Source: Carcharhinus amblyrhynchos
Lineage: Eukaryota
DNA length: 64,000 bases
Assembly (NCBI GenBank): GCA_965287045.1
Contig: OZ336884.1
Span: 21,576,001 to 21,640,000 of the forward strand
Reading direction: 5' to 3'
Of the stretch, positions 1 through 12,400 are shown piece after piece. Below the pieces are notes generated by a model. The model was not told where the DNA came from, made no database searches, and saw only the letters and a program-made list of their open reading frames with translations. Made by a program: the position numbers and the translations under genes. The stretch's first letter is position 1; the number at the start of each line of letters is the position of its first letter.

Positions 1-225
1 TCAAATTTGTAGGCATGACCTCCCACTGATAAAACCGTGCTGACTATTCCTGATCAAATCTTGCCTCTCCAAATGGAGATAGATTCTCTCCTTCAGAATC
101 TTCTATAGTTTCTCAACCACTGACATGGGATTCACTGGTCTGTATTTCCCTGGCTTGTCTCTGCAACCTTTCTTAAAAACTGGGACCACATTAGCTGTTA
201 TCCAATCCTCTGGCATCTCCCGAGA
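1..225 (-). mobile_element. CR1 LINE reverse-transcriptase fragment
   Basis: Minus-strand translation PEDWITANVVPVFKKG...PGKYRPV, typical of CR1 RT. Confidence 0.8.
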
Positions 226-788
226 TGCTCCTTGAATCAGGCACCCATGCCCATCACCAGTGAGGTGCCCATGGCCCTCTTGGACCTCTACCCACTGCAT
301 CTGGAGCCTTTACCCGTCCCTTTCCAATAAATGATGTATCCTTTTCATCTCCTTGTTTGTGAGCTTTTCATGCAGCCTTGTCTAATCCAGCTTTCTATCC
401 CTTGATCTTCACTCTACTTTCCATAGCTCATCCACCTCCTTGCCCCTCTGCTTGCCATCACGAGCATGCCCCTACCATACTGGGCACAGTCTTCCTTCCA
501 CATTTCCCATTTGTCTTCATTTGGCAATGATCCCTCACTGCCTGCCCTCACCTCATGCTCCATATCCCTGGATGAACTTTGGATCTTTTATTGTGGTGGC
601 TGCATAAATTCTATAGCACAATCCAGTATAGATAGATGCTGGTGTGTGGTACCAAGGGTGAAGGAGACTCCTGTACTCCCCAACCTCAGCTATAGTATTG
701 ATCAGACTTTGTGGCACAGGAGGGTCCATGGGTCTAGCAGCATGATGCTATCTGTGATAACCCCTGTGAGGTCCATGCAGAATTATAT

Positions 789-2660
789 TGATATTCTTGC
801 AGGGCTTGTTGAGTATGAGTTCCCTTGGTAGCAGGCAGTGACCTGCCCAGCTGGAATTCACTACCTAGCCTTTTATAAGGCAGGCCCAGGACTGGGCCTG
901 CTGAACTGAAATCTCAGGCAGGGACTAGTGTGTGTGCACCATGGTGGTGGTTTTAATTTGCATTCTGTAATAAACTAATGTTCCTTTCTAGTCAGGCTTT
1001 CTGAGTCATTTCATTGGCAAGAACAAAAAAAAGTTTTGGACAGCCTTGTCTTTCAACAATCCCGATAAGACAGTGATGGGGAGATATTGAAAGTGCCACT
1101 GTTTGGAAAGCGTGAAGCTTGTAATGCAGGTGTAGAGGATTGGTTCACTCATGCCAAAGGAATGAGACATTTCTTCTGGATAAATGGGGACAATCAGCAA
1201 AAAGTCATTCTCCTGACTGTTTGCGAGGCCCCGACTTACAGCATCAGAAAACATTTAACCTACCCAGCAAATCAGATTCAAAATCTTTTGACAAATTGAT
1301 AGATAAGGTATTGGGCCACTATAACCCTAAACAGTCTGTTATATTGCAAAGGTACCGATTAAACACAGCAACTAGACTGCCTGGGGAAGCAGACACTGAA
1401 TTCTTGATGAGACTGCGGACATTGACAGAACACTGAATGTGGGTCAGCAATTCGGGAATTGTTAAGGGATCGTTTAGTATGTGGAATTAATAATATTTCA
1501 ACCGAATGGAAGCTACTACTGAACCAAATCTGGACCTCAAGAAAGCCACAGAAGTGGCCCTTTACTGTGGATATGAGGGAAAAGGGGCCCAGGAGTGTAT
1601 GGGGTCCATAGACAGTACCGTCCTCAGCCTTGGTGACCTTCATACCATAGAACCAAGTCTCCAACGGATAATGCTCGTGTTTCCTATTTGCTGCTAAGAA
1701 AGACCAATTGGAGTCTGAGGCTGCAAGATTCCAGAACTAGATGGGAAGTCACCCCATACAGTGACGAGTGAGCACATTTGTGCTGCGCTTGTAGTCATAG
1801 GGTCCACCCCAGGCAAGGCTACTGAAATAGGCAAAACACATGTTTTGGAGGGAGATGCAGGAGCTGCTGTGTCTATTGTTGGAGAGCAAACATTTAGGTG
1901 ACTCCAATAGGGCATCTTTCCTTTAAGCCTGCTGGACACCAAGGCTACATTGGCCACAATGTACATCGGGAAGCCCTATTGTTAGGACCACTGTAACCCC
2001 AGTTATGTACAGGCAACAGGCAGTCTGACTCCCCTTAATTGTGGTGCAAGGATCAGATCTTTTGGGAAGGTTCTGTCTACAGAAAATCCATCTGGTTTGG
2101 CAACAGATCTTTAAAATGGCTGCTGGCAATTTAAACAAAGTCATTGGGAAGTGTCCCAAAATGTTCCAAGAAGGCCACAGAAAGGTTTGAGGTGCTAGGG
2201 CTAAGATCTACGTAGACCCAAAGGCCCACTTGAAGGCACGACTGGTCCCCTATGCCCTACGTGCCAATGTGAAGGCCAAATTGTAATGTCTAGACGAACA
2301 TGACATTATATGTCCAGTATAATTTGCAGAATGGGCCACGGCCAGTAGACCCAGTTTTAACTGATGACAATTTGGTCCATCTCTGTAGGGATTATACATT
2401 GTAAGAAGTCTGACAACACCAGGTTTGCCTCGAAAGCTTGTGAGTTTACTATCATATAAATCGGTTAGACTTAAACCTGGTGTTGTCAGACTTCTTACTG
2501 TGTTTACCCCAGTCCAACGCCAGCATCTCCACATTGGGATTATACATTGACCAGCTTCGCATAGAGATGGAGGTGGGAAGCAGTCTACCCCGGCACACTG
2601 GTGAACAGTGCATCAAGAGCAGCACAGCACAATGACAGAAAGTTGTTGCGCTCACCCCAA
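789..2660 (+). mobile_element. Degenerate Ty3/Gypsy LTR retrotransposon: putative 5' LTR about 789-1013 (TG...CA, TATA at about 873, AATAAA at 969), gag, protease and start of RT
   Basis: Gag-like fragments (KVPLFGK..., YNPKQSVILQRYRLNT...LRTLTEH, LRDRLVCGIN) and a protease-like GDAGAAVSIV at about 1851-1880. Many stops and frameshifts. Confidence 0.7.
2401..2532. mobile_element. Penelope-like element terminal fragment with a perfect 26-bp inverted repeat, inserted in the Gypsy remnant
   Basis: 2401-2426 is the exact reverse complement of 2473-2498. A related copy lies at about 9005-9125. Confidence 0.55.
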
Positions 2661-3589
2661 AGTCTTTGGCAAACTAACAGCCACCTTGGTGCCACTGTTT
2701 GGGCAGTAATGAGCATTCATGATATGCAAATAAATGCAAATAGAGTTCACACCACCTGCTAGCCGGAAGAGCAACCTGCCATTAACCCATCATTGTGAGA
2801 ATTGTAAAGAGATTTTACACCAGCAGGTTTATGCGCTTGCTTGGTTCAGTGCGTCTGCCCAGTAATTTAACAGTAAGTGGAGAAAGTTTAACTTTAACTA
2901 CTGAACGAATGCCTCACTCCTCTCCTCAGGCCAAGACATGAAGTGAAGGCCTTGAAAATGTGGATAACTTGTTAAACCCCCAAGATAAAGGTATTGAAAA
3001 CCCACCTCAGTCAATTGTTGGAAAGTAGCCAATTGGTTTATATTTTCAGTGTTGAAATACCAGTTAGCACATTGTCTTAATCTTAAGACAATGGCTTCTT
3101 TTAAGATCTATCTTTTGAGTTAGCCCAAGTGTTGAACAATAATTGATTAATGTAACATTCTGTCACTTTATAACTGAGACATGTTAAACAAAGGCCTATT
3201 CTTTCCTTTAGTCAAGATTAACAAAATGTCTAGGGTTCATGTTATGCCTGTCTGAGAAGGCAGCATCTTACAATTCTTCTGACTTTCAATAATCTTTTTA
3301 AAATCAAGTGTAAAGTGTTTATGATTATAAAAATTATAAACCTTTTGTGCTACATGTTATATTGCCAGCCTTACTAACATATCTATGAATTAATTACATA
3401 TTTTTTAATTGTTTCTCAGTGAAGGCTGTCTATTTAACTTATCCGGCTGGTTTCCAGTAACACAGGAATGGGTTTAGTTTTTAAAATGGTTTCTTATGTT
3501 ACATTACTATGCTAAGTAACATATTGATTCAGACTATAAAATGATAGTCACACTAAAACTATGGATTTCGAAACTACCAACAATACAAA

Positions 3590-4960
3590 CATGCAAATTA
3601 ATAAGCAAGACCAGGGCATTTGGTCTCTTGAGCTTGCTCCACCATTCAATATGATCACAGCTGGTCTGATTGTGGCTTTAACTCTACACTCTGTCTACTC
3701 CCGATAACCTTTGACTCCCTTGTTAGTTAAGAATCGATCTCCCTCTGCCTTAAAAATATTCATAGCTGCTGCTTCCGCCACTCTCTGGAGAAGAGAATTC
3801 CCAAGATTCACTGAGAGACCGTCTGAAAGAGAAAAAACAATCTTATCTTTGTCTTAAGTGGGAGACTGCTCATTTTCAAGTTGTCCCCTAGTTCTAGTCT
3901 CTCCCACAAGGGAAATATCCTTTCAGAATTCACCCTTCAGGAACTTGAATGTTTCAATAAGAACATCTCAATTTTCTAAAATTCCAGTAAATACAACCTG
4001 GATTTATATGGTAACAAGCAACACTGCCCCCCACCCCCGCGCCCCCACACACAGCATTCCATGTATCCCAGTTCTGGTATCATTCTAGTAAACCTTTTTA
4101 TGCCACAATATTTTTTTTATAATATGTGAACCAGAACTGTTCACAGTACTCCAGTACTGTGGTCAGAATTTGGCGGCCAGCCAAATCTCCATTCACAACA
4201 GCGGTATCAGAGAATCCCAGCTGCAGCCAAGGTCAGATAATTCCGGCCAAAGTTGGGTGGGAATGTAAGCTGTGAGGAGGACACAAGGAGATTGCAAAAT
4301 GATATGGACTGGTTCGATGAGTGGACGAGAAGGTGGCAAAGTGTATAATGTGGGGAAGTTTGAGAATACTCATTCCGGGTATGAGAATTGAAAAGCAGGA
4401 TATTTTTTAACAGGGATGACATTTGTAAATGTTGACATTCTGAGGAACTTGGATGTACTTACACGGAGGATGCAGACATTTAGCAAGCAGGTACAGCAAG
4501 CAGTTAAGAAGACAAATAGCACATTGCTTTTCATAGTCCAGGGGATTGGTGTACAAGAACAACGAGTTTTGTAATAATTATACTGGTCTTTAATAAGAGC
4601 ACACGTGGAATCTTGTGCACAGTTTAGGGAAGGATATGCTTTCATTGGAAATGGTACAGCAAAGGTTTCCTAGATTGATTCCTGGAATTAGAATGTTGTC
4701 TAATTGAATGCTGAGTACAGTAGGTCAATACTCTCTCAGCCTTAGAAAAAGGAGAGGTGACCTCACTGAAATTAGAATGTTGTTCTAATTGAAACATTCA
4801 AGATTCTGAAGGGACTTCTCAGGGTAAACGGCAAAAGGTTACTTCCACTGGCTGGGGAATATAGAACATCGGCAGAGTTTCAAGATGGGAATCTCTGGTT
4901 TAGGAGTGAGTCAGAGAAATTTCTTCAATCAAAAGTTGTGAATGTTTGCAATTGCCAACC
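3590..4960. mobile_element. Two degenerate CR1 3' fragments in opposite orientations, separated by a short TIR element (about 4160-4255)
   Basis: Similar to the other CR1 3' ends in the window. Confidence 0.6.
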
Positions 4961-6299
4961 TGTCACAGGCAGAATGTCTTTGCTCAGGTACTGCCTGTAA
5001 TTCATATGCTTTGTATGAAAAGATGTATGTTTCTTCTGAACCCTGAAGTCAGAGCTTCTCTGAGGTCCACTCAGTTTAGTTTGGATGAGGGAGGGTCTAC
5101 ATTGGGAAGTTGAGAGCAGCCAACCTTCAGAGTTTAAATCTTCTCTTTTGTGCAGAATGAAACATGAAGATGGGCAGCCTGGAAAATCCATAACCTTTAG
5201 ATACTGACCCATCCTTAAACAATGAGATGTGTGAATTCCACCAATGATTGTAAAATATCCATATTTAATTATGTACTTCCTGGAGACTTGATGGTGTCGA
5301 CAGTCCAAATGCCAAAAAAAACGATTGGCACTACTAGTTTGTCAATGCCCATTTTAACTAAATGAAATACAGTTCCAGAAGCTTCTTCCAAATGAGCACA
5401 AGGGAGGTGGTGGCGTAGTGGTATTGTCACTGGATTAGTAATCCGGAGACTGTAGGCAAGATCTGGGAACTCAGGTTCGAATCCCACCATGGCAGATGAA
5501 TTGAACAAAAAAACTCAGGTGAGATTCTCTGGCCTCCCAGCTGTATGTTTACTGCCGGCAGGAGGTGGCTCGGTGTTTGCTAGTGACAGGATCCCCTGCT
5601 CCCACTGCTGTTAATGGGAATTCCCATTAACATCACTCCACACCTGCAGGTGGGGCTGTGCTGCCGGTGGGTTTGGAGAATCCTGCCAGAGTGAACAGCC
5701 AGAGAATCCCAGCCCCGATGTTCCCAAGCATCCCTCGTCCTTCTAAATAGTAGAGGTCATGGGTTTGGTAGATGCCCAAGATGAGTTGCTGCCACCCATG
5801 TTGTTGACAGTACACACTGCTGCTACTGTTTGTTGACTGTGGTGGAGGGAAAATCATAGAATCCCTACAGTGCAGAAGGAGGCCATTTGGCCCATCATGT
5901 CTGTACCAACCACAATCTCACCCAGGCACTATCCCCATAACCCCATGCATTTCCCCTAACTAGTCGTCCTGACACTGTGGAGCAACTTAACATGGCCAAT
6001 CCAGCTAATCTGACATATTTGGATGATGGATGGGGTGCCAGTCTGCAAGCAATCTGCTTTGGTGCCCAGCTTCTTAAGTTCCTGGAAATGCTCATGGTTT
6101 TGCTTCTAAAAATAGATTGTTTTTTTTAGATGTGTTAAAGCGCGTTGACCGCATGAAAGAGAGAGCAGGACCATGCCTGGGTTATTCCCTGGAATAAGAA
6201 ATGAATTCAAGTCAGTCTGGCCAGTCATTTCAGTAATCTACTTTGTTCTAGATTTTCAGCTCGTGTTCACTGTTCAAGGCAGACTGTGTAGTCCATTTA

Positions 6300-6445
6300 C
6301 AGAGTGGGAGAGTGAAGCAAGGACTACAACTCCCAAACACACTGCTGCTGGCTGGAAAGTGACGTGAGCCGGTCACTGGAGTGGAGAAAAAGCTAGAGTT
6401 CACCCCAGTTGTTTCACTGTCAAGGACTTCTCGATGTGTGACAGC
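6300..6445 (+). promoter_or_regulatory. NIT2 proximal promoter/5'UTR with ACTACAACTCCCA (ZNF143/THAP11-type motif, 6323-6335) and CRE-like GTGACGTG (6359-6366)
   Basis: Motifs read directly. A second CTACAACTCCCAG sits at 6872-6884 in intron 1. CpG is locally raised. Confidence 0.6.
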
Positions 6446-6464
6446 ATGTCAGGAGCGGCTACAA
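6446..6464 (+). CDS. NIT2: NIT2 coding exon 1 (MSGAAT + phase 1)
   Basis: ACAGCATGT start context and GTAAGT donor at 6465. Phase 1 joins exon 2 (A+AA = Lys). Lies just downstream of promoter motifs. Confidence 0.8.
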
Positions 6465-9400
6465 GTAAGTTATTGGAGGCAGATGTGCTTATTTGCTTGT
6501 TTTGGAAGCCACTGTATTTTTATTATTGTTGTTTGAAGGATCAGATCCAAGGACTTTCAAACCGGGACTAATCAATTGGGTTAAAAGTCTGTGCAAATCT
6601 TTACGTTGTCAGATTTCTTTGTCATTATTTTAAATTGGGTTTATATTCCAAAGCTTTACCTGCGGATTGGGTTGAATTGTAACTGGAATGCACCTCTGTT
6701 ATCTGTCGCCCTTGGAGAGTCAAGTTACCGCTATGTTGCACGTAACATATTTTAAATTGACTCTGTGGAAAAAATAACAACAGCGTTCGAGATTCTGCAA
6801 TGTAACCCACCCCGCCCCCAGCAAAAAGTTTCTTGCATTGGAAGCGCAAAGTTCCAGAAGTGAATCACCGGCTACAACTCCCAGGAAAATGAAGCGTAAT
6901 TTTCTTTTAAAGTTTTGCCGAAGAGGAATTTATTTAAATTAAACATCAAATCCTAAGTGTGTCACTTTTGAGACTGACATCATGAATCTTTTTCTCTTAG
7001 CTGATGCATAATTGACTCCGAGACTGATTACAGCTTTATGCTTTAGCTAAACAGTCTGTGCAGTGGGTGTGTTTGTAAACCCACACCGCCTATTGTCATC
7101 TTCCCCCAACTTCACCTTGAACTACATGTCTGAGGAACTCGAGTTTCTTTGTCACTACGTGTGAGCATCTAATTGCAGCTGCACACGCTTATCCATACTT
7201 CCCCCAAATACACCCCCACTCCCCCAATATACCCCCAATCCATACCCAGCCCGGAATTTGAGTCGTTCTTTAGTTTCTCTCCTATCCTCTCTGAGCTCAT
7301 CATGAGATCAATGACATCCATATCTTTCTCATACATACAATCCTACAGTACAAAAGGAGGCCATTCGGCCCATCGAGTCTGCATCGACCACAATCCCACC
7401 CAGGCCCGATCCCTGTAATCCCATGCATTTACCGTAGCTAGTCCCCCTGCAACGAAGGGGCAATTTAGCATGACCAATCCACCTAACCCACACATCTTTG
7501 GACTGTGGGAGGAAACTGGGGCAGCCAGAGGAAAGTGATGCAGACACGGGGAGAATGTGTAAACTCCAGACTGACAGTCACCCAAACCAGGAATCGAACC
7601 CGGGTCGTTGGCGCTGTGAGGCAGTAGTGATTCCTTCCCCCCAGCTTCCATTCCTGGCTCTCATGTTTTTGGTTCCTTCTTCCGGGGTGATGACCCCTCC
7701 CATTCAAACCTGACCCCATCCAGAAAAAGCTTAGCCCATCCCCACCATCTTTGTGAACAAGTACCCCATCTCTAACCTCCTTCCTTCTCTGTTGTTGAGC
7801 TGAGCCGGTGTGCCTGCTTGAATAACTTGTACCTTACTCAATCACAGCCGGAGCATCTTTAACAATGGTTTCTCATCCCACCCTCTACACTGTTTACTTC
7901 TGGAATCAACCCAGGATCTAGCCTGGCCCCTTTTCTCCCCTTCCTCATCAAGCAGTCTCTCTGTAACCTCCAAGTATTTGAGCTCAGGCTAAGCTTCCCA
8001 AACCCATATGATATAAACAGAAAACACAGGAAATATTCAATAGGTCAGGCATCATATGTGGAAGGAGAAACAAAGTTAACTTTTCAGGCTGATGATCTTT
8101 AAAGACTTTCCAGCATCCAACAATATTTGGCTTTTCGCAAATCATAGACTCTGCTACAGCCTCCATAATATCTTCCAACGCCTCCCCTACCACTGTCCAC
8201 CTGCTGTTTAATGCCTCCTTCTTGCCTTTTCTACCTATGGACTTGACTATTCCAATTCTTTCCTGGCTGATTTCCCACCTTCCACCCTCCCATGTCTGAA
8301 TTGCCCAGCACCCAGTGCTCATTCTTCTTAATTGGCAAAGCTATTCCCATGCTTCATTTAGAAGTTTACATCACTGTGACCTCGCCCCCACCCCCAAACT
8401 GCTCCTCCTGCCAGACAACACTCTGACAATTCTGTTCTCCTCCAACATCCACCTCATGGACACTCCCTACATCCTTCACCCAGTCTTCAGCTTTTTACTC
8501 AGGCAGTCACAGATCTTTATCAGGTGAAATAGGGAACTAGTGTTCCTTTCCAAATAATTAACTGTAACAAAAGCCCAAACTTGAAAGGAAAATTAACAAA
8601 TCAAATTAAAATGCCATTCCCAGAAATAAGGATGCCTTTCAGTTCCTCTGTTGCAAACTGGGCAAGGAAGGCCTCCTGTGTATCAATGCAAGCTCCAGGG
8701 ACACCAGTAGCCAAAGAGGAGAGACGGGTGATCAGGTCAAACAACCTCCTTGACTTGTTGTCTGTTGCCAGATCTTTTGAGTCACCTTAGCCAGACTGAG
8801 GAGCAGTGCCTTCAGCTGTCTAGACTCTAAACTCTGGAATGTCTCCGCTAGGCCTCCTTCTGCACTGTAGAGATTCTTTCATTCTAAGCCCCTATCTCTT
8901 TGTCCTTCTGTAAGGCTGTCCCTTCAAACTACTACTTTAACCAGGTTTTTATCCTACCCTCCTGATATCACCATTTTAAGATTAGAGTTGATCTTTGGCT
9001 GATTGATGTGGAGTTGCCAGTGTTGGACTAGGGTAAGCACAGTAAGTAGTCTCACAACACCAGGTTAAAATCCAACAGGTTTATTTGGTAGCACGTGCTT
9101 TTGGAGCGCTGTCCCTGATGAAGTTTTGCTTTGAAGATTTGTTTCAATAGTAAATTGCCAGAGCACCATTTCCACTGACCTTCTTGGGAATCGATCCAGG
9201 GTTCTAAGCTCAATGATAACAGGGAGGCAATGGCCTAGTGGCATTATCGCTAGATTGCGTTAATCCAGAAACTCAGCTAATGTTCTGGGGACCCGGGTTC
9301 AAATCCTACGATTGCAGATGGTGGAATTCGAATTCAATTAAAAATATCTGGAATTGAGAATCTACTGATGACCATGAACCCATTGTCAATTGTCAGGAAA

Positions 9401-12400
9401 AATCCATCTCGTTCACTAATGTCCTGTAGGGAAGGAAATCTGCCGTCCTTACCTGGTCTGGCCTACGTGGGCCAGCCACGGCCCATATCCCAGGAAATTG
9501 CATTTTTACAGCGCATTGAATAAGCCATGGCATGTCACAGGAGTGTAATCAGATATTTTTTTAAAAAACAGGCCAAAGGATATTAGAACAAATGACTAAT
9601 ATCTTGGTCTAAGAGGGAGGCTTTAAGAGGTGGAAAGGATAATGGAGGAAATTACATAAGTTAAGGTCTAGCTACTTGAAGACTCGACCGTCAGTGGTTG
9701 GCCAAAGCATAAGAGGCCAGAATTGGAGGGTTGCAAAATTCATGGTGCCTGGGGAGAAAGAAACTGTGAAATAATTTGACCACAAGGATGAGAATCTTTA
9801 GTTTTGATGTTTTGGTGGACTGGGAGCCATTATATGTTATTTGAACACAGAAGTACACAGGTGAATATTGCAGTTACAACACTAACCAGTTTAATAGAAT
9901 CATAGAATCCTCCAGTGCAGAAGGAGGCCATTCAGCCCATTGAGTCTGCACTGACCACAGTCCCACCCAGGCTCTATTCCTGTAACCCCACACATTTACC
10001 TTGCTAATCCCCTTAACACTTGGGTCAATTTAGCATGGCCAATCAACCTAACCTGCACATCTTTAAACTGTGGGAGGAAACCAGAACACAAGGAAAATGT
10101 GCAAACTCCACACAGACAGTGACCCAAACTGGGAATCGAACGTGGGTCCCTGGCGCTGTGAGGCAGCAGTGCTAACCACTGTGCCGCCTCTTTGAATTAA
10201 CCTTTGAATGACCATATTTCACATTTTACAACTTGGAAGGAAAGTACAGATACTTTTTAGTTGGTGGCTTTTAAAATATGATTTAATGATACTCTTGACA
10301 TTAAATACCACATCCATAGATGGTGTGAGCTACACCTTGGTAAATTTTCCCATATATTTTCTTTAATAATATGCTTACACACCTAAAGATACAGACGATC
10401 TTAAAATATTAGGGTAGAGAATAGGGTACAGAAAAGATTTACCAGGAAGTTGCCTGGCATGAGGGCATTAGCTATGAGGAGAGGTTGGAGAAACTTGATT
10501 TATTCTCACTGGAATGACGGAGGTTGAGGGGTGACCTGACAGAAGTCTACAAGATTATGAGAAGCATGGACAGAGTGGATAGTCAGAAGCTTTCTCCCCA
10601 GGATGGAAGAGTCAATTACTCAGGGGCACAGGTTTAAAATGTGAGGAGCAAGGTTTAAAGGAGATGTACGAGGCAAGTTTTTTTTTATACAGAGGGTGGT
10701 GGGTGCCAGGTGCCAGGAACTCTCTGCCAAGGGAGGTACTGGAAGCAGATATGATAGTGACTTTTAAGGGGCGTCTTGACAAATACATGAAAGCACACAG
10801 AAGGATGGGCGGCTTTAGTTCAGTCAGGCAGCATGATCGGTGCAGGCTTGGAGGGCCGAAGGGCCTGTTCCTGTGCTGTAATTTTCTTTGTTCTTTCTGA
10901 CATGCTGCCTAAAACTAAAAAGCATATTTTAGTCTCCATAGTTGCCTGACTAAACAACAATTGAACTCAAATTGTGTTCAGCCTGTGTTTACTTAACTTA
11001 AAGGAATATGGCCCCACCTCAGCACATTAAATGCAGTGTGCACTGTATAACACTCTAGTACGTTACGAAACAGTATATAATGTTAACAAGCCATGTTGAC
11101 CTTAAAAATAAGGTGGTTTTCTCAGAGTGAAAAACGGCAGTGAGTGGGCCTAACTGGAGATTCTGCATTTGGGAGACCTAGGGATAGTTCGATATGGGGT
11201 TGATATTGACCAAGTTATTTATTAACAACTGTTTGTCTTCTTGTATAATTATTCCTAGAATTCCGCCTGGCTCTTATTCAGCATGCGGTGTCTCCCCTGA
11301 AAGCCAGTAACCTCTGCAAAGTTCGAACACTGGTGAAGGAAGCAGCACTGAAGGGGGCAAAGGTTGTGGCGCTCCCTGTAAGTAAAACAGATCAGTAACA
11401 AAGAAACGCACTGGTTTCTCTTTCTGGTTGTATAATTTAACCCTTCACAGCTGAAGTTGTTGTCAGACCTTTAGCTCAAAGGCAGTGATCAGCCTTGATT
11501 TTACTGATTGGTGGAGCAGGCTCCAGGGATCCATTCTTGCTATTTAGACTATAGAATTCTACAGTGCAGAAAGAGGCCCTTCGGCCCATCGAGTCTGCAC
11601 CGAACACAAGCCCGTCCAGGCCCTACCCCCCATATCCCTACATATTATACCCACTACTCCCTCTATCCTACGCATCCCTGGACACTAAGCATGGCCAATC
11701 AACCTAACCCGCACATCTTTGGATTGTGGGAGGAAACCAGAGCACCCGGAGGAAACCCATGCAGACACAAGGAGAATGTGCAAACTCCACACAGACAGTG
11801 ACCTGGGAATCGAACCCAGGACGCTGGAGCTGTGAAGCAGCAGTGCTAACCACTGTACTACCGTGCCGTCCTTATGTTCAGAAACAAAAGGGCGTGCTAG
11901 CGAGACAGCGTGGTGTCATAGATCGGTGCAGAGCACATTTGGAACATTGATTGGGGATAGTTTTTGCAGTGCAATGAACGTTTTGACTAGCCTGCGTGAC
12001 AGTGTGGTAGAGGTTGTTCATAATGCAATTGAGATAAGATATCAGATCAGAATTAGGCCATTCAGAATCATAGAAACCCTACAGTGCAGAAAGAGGCCAT
12101 TTGGCCCTTTGAGTCTGCACTGACCAGAGTCCCACCCAGGCCCTACCCCCATATCTCCGCATATTTAGGCACTAATCCCTCTAACCTATGCATCTGAGGG
12201 CACTAAGGGCCAATTTTAGCATGGCCAATCAACCTAACCCGCACATCTTCAGCCATTGAGTTTGCTCCACCATGGCTGGTATGTTTCTCGACCATATTCT
12301 CCCACCTTTTCCCCATAACCTTTGATCCCCTTACCAATCCCAATACCAACTGTATGTAATTTTGACCAATTAGGACCTTAGATGGGCCTGCAGACCTTCT

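Noticed and set aside
5400-5500. tRNA-like sequences with A and B boxes (also the heads of many SINE copies)
   Set aside because: They are SINE heads continuing into SINE bodies, with no complete cloverleaf.
7200-7252. C-run cluster (G-quadruplex/i-motif potential); also a G-run at 52972-52986
   Set aside because: Low-complexity intronic tracts like these are common, and nothing here indicates function.
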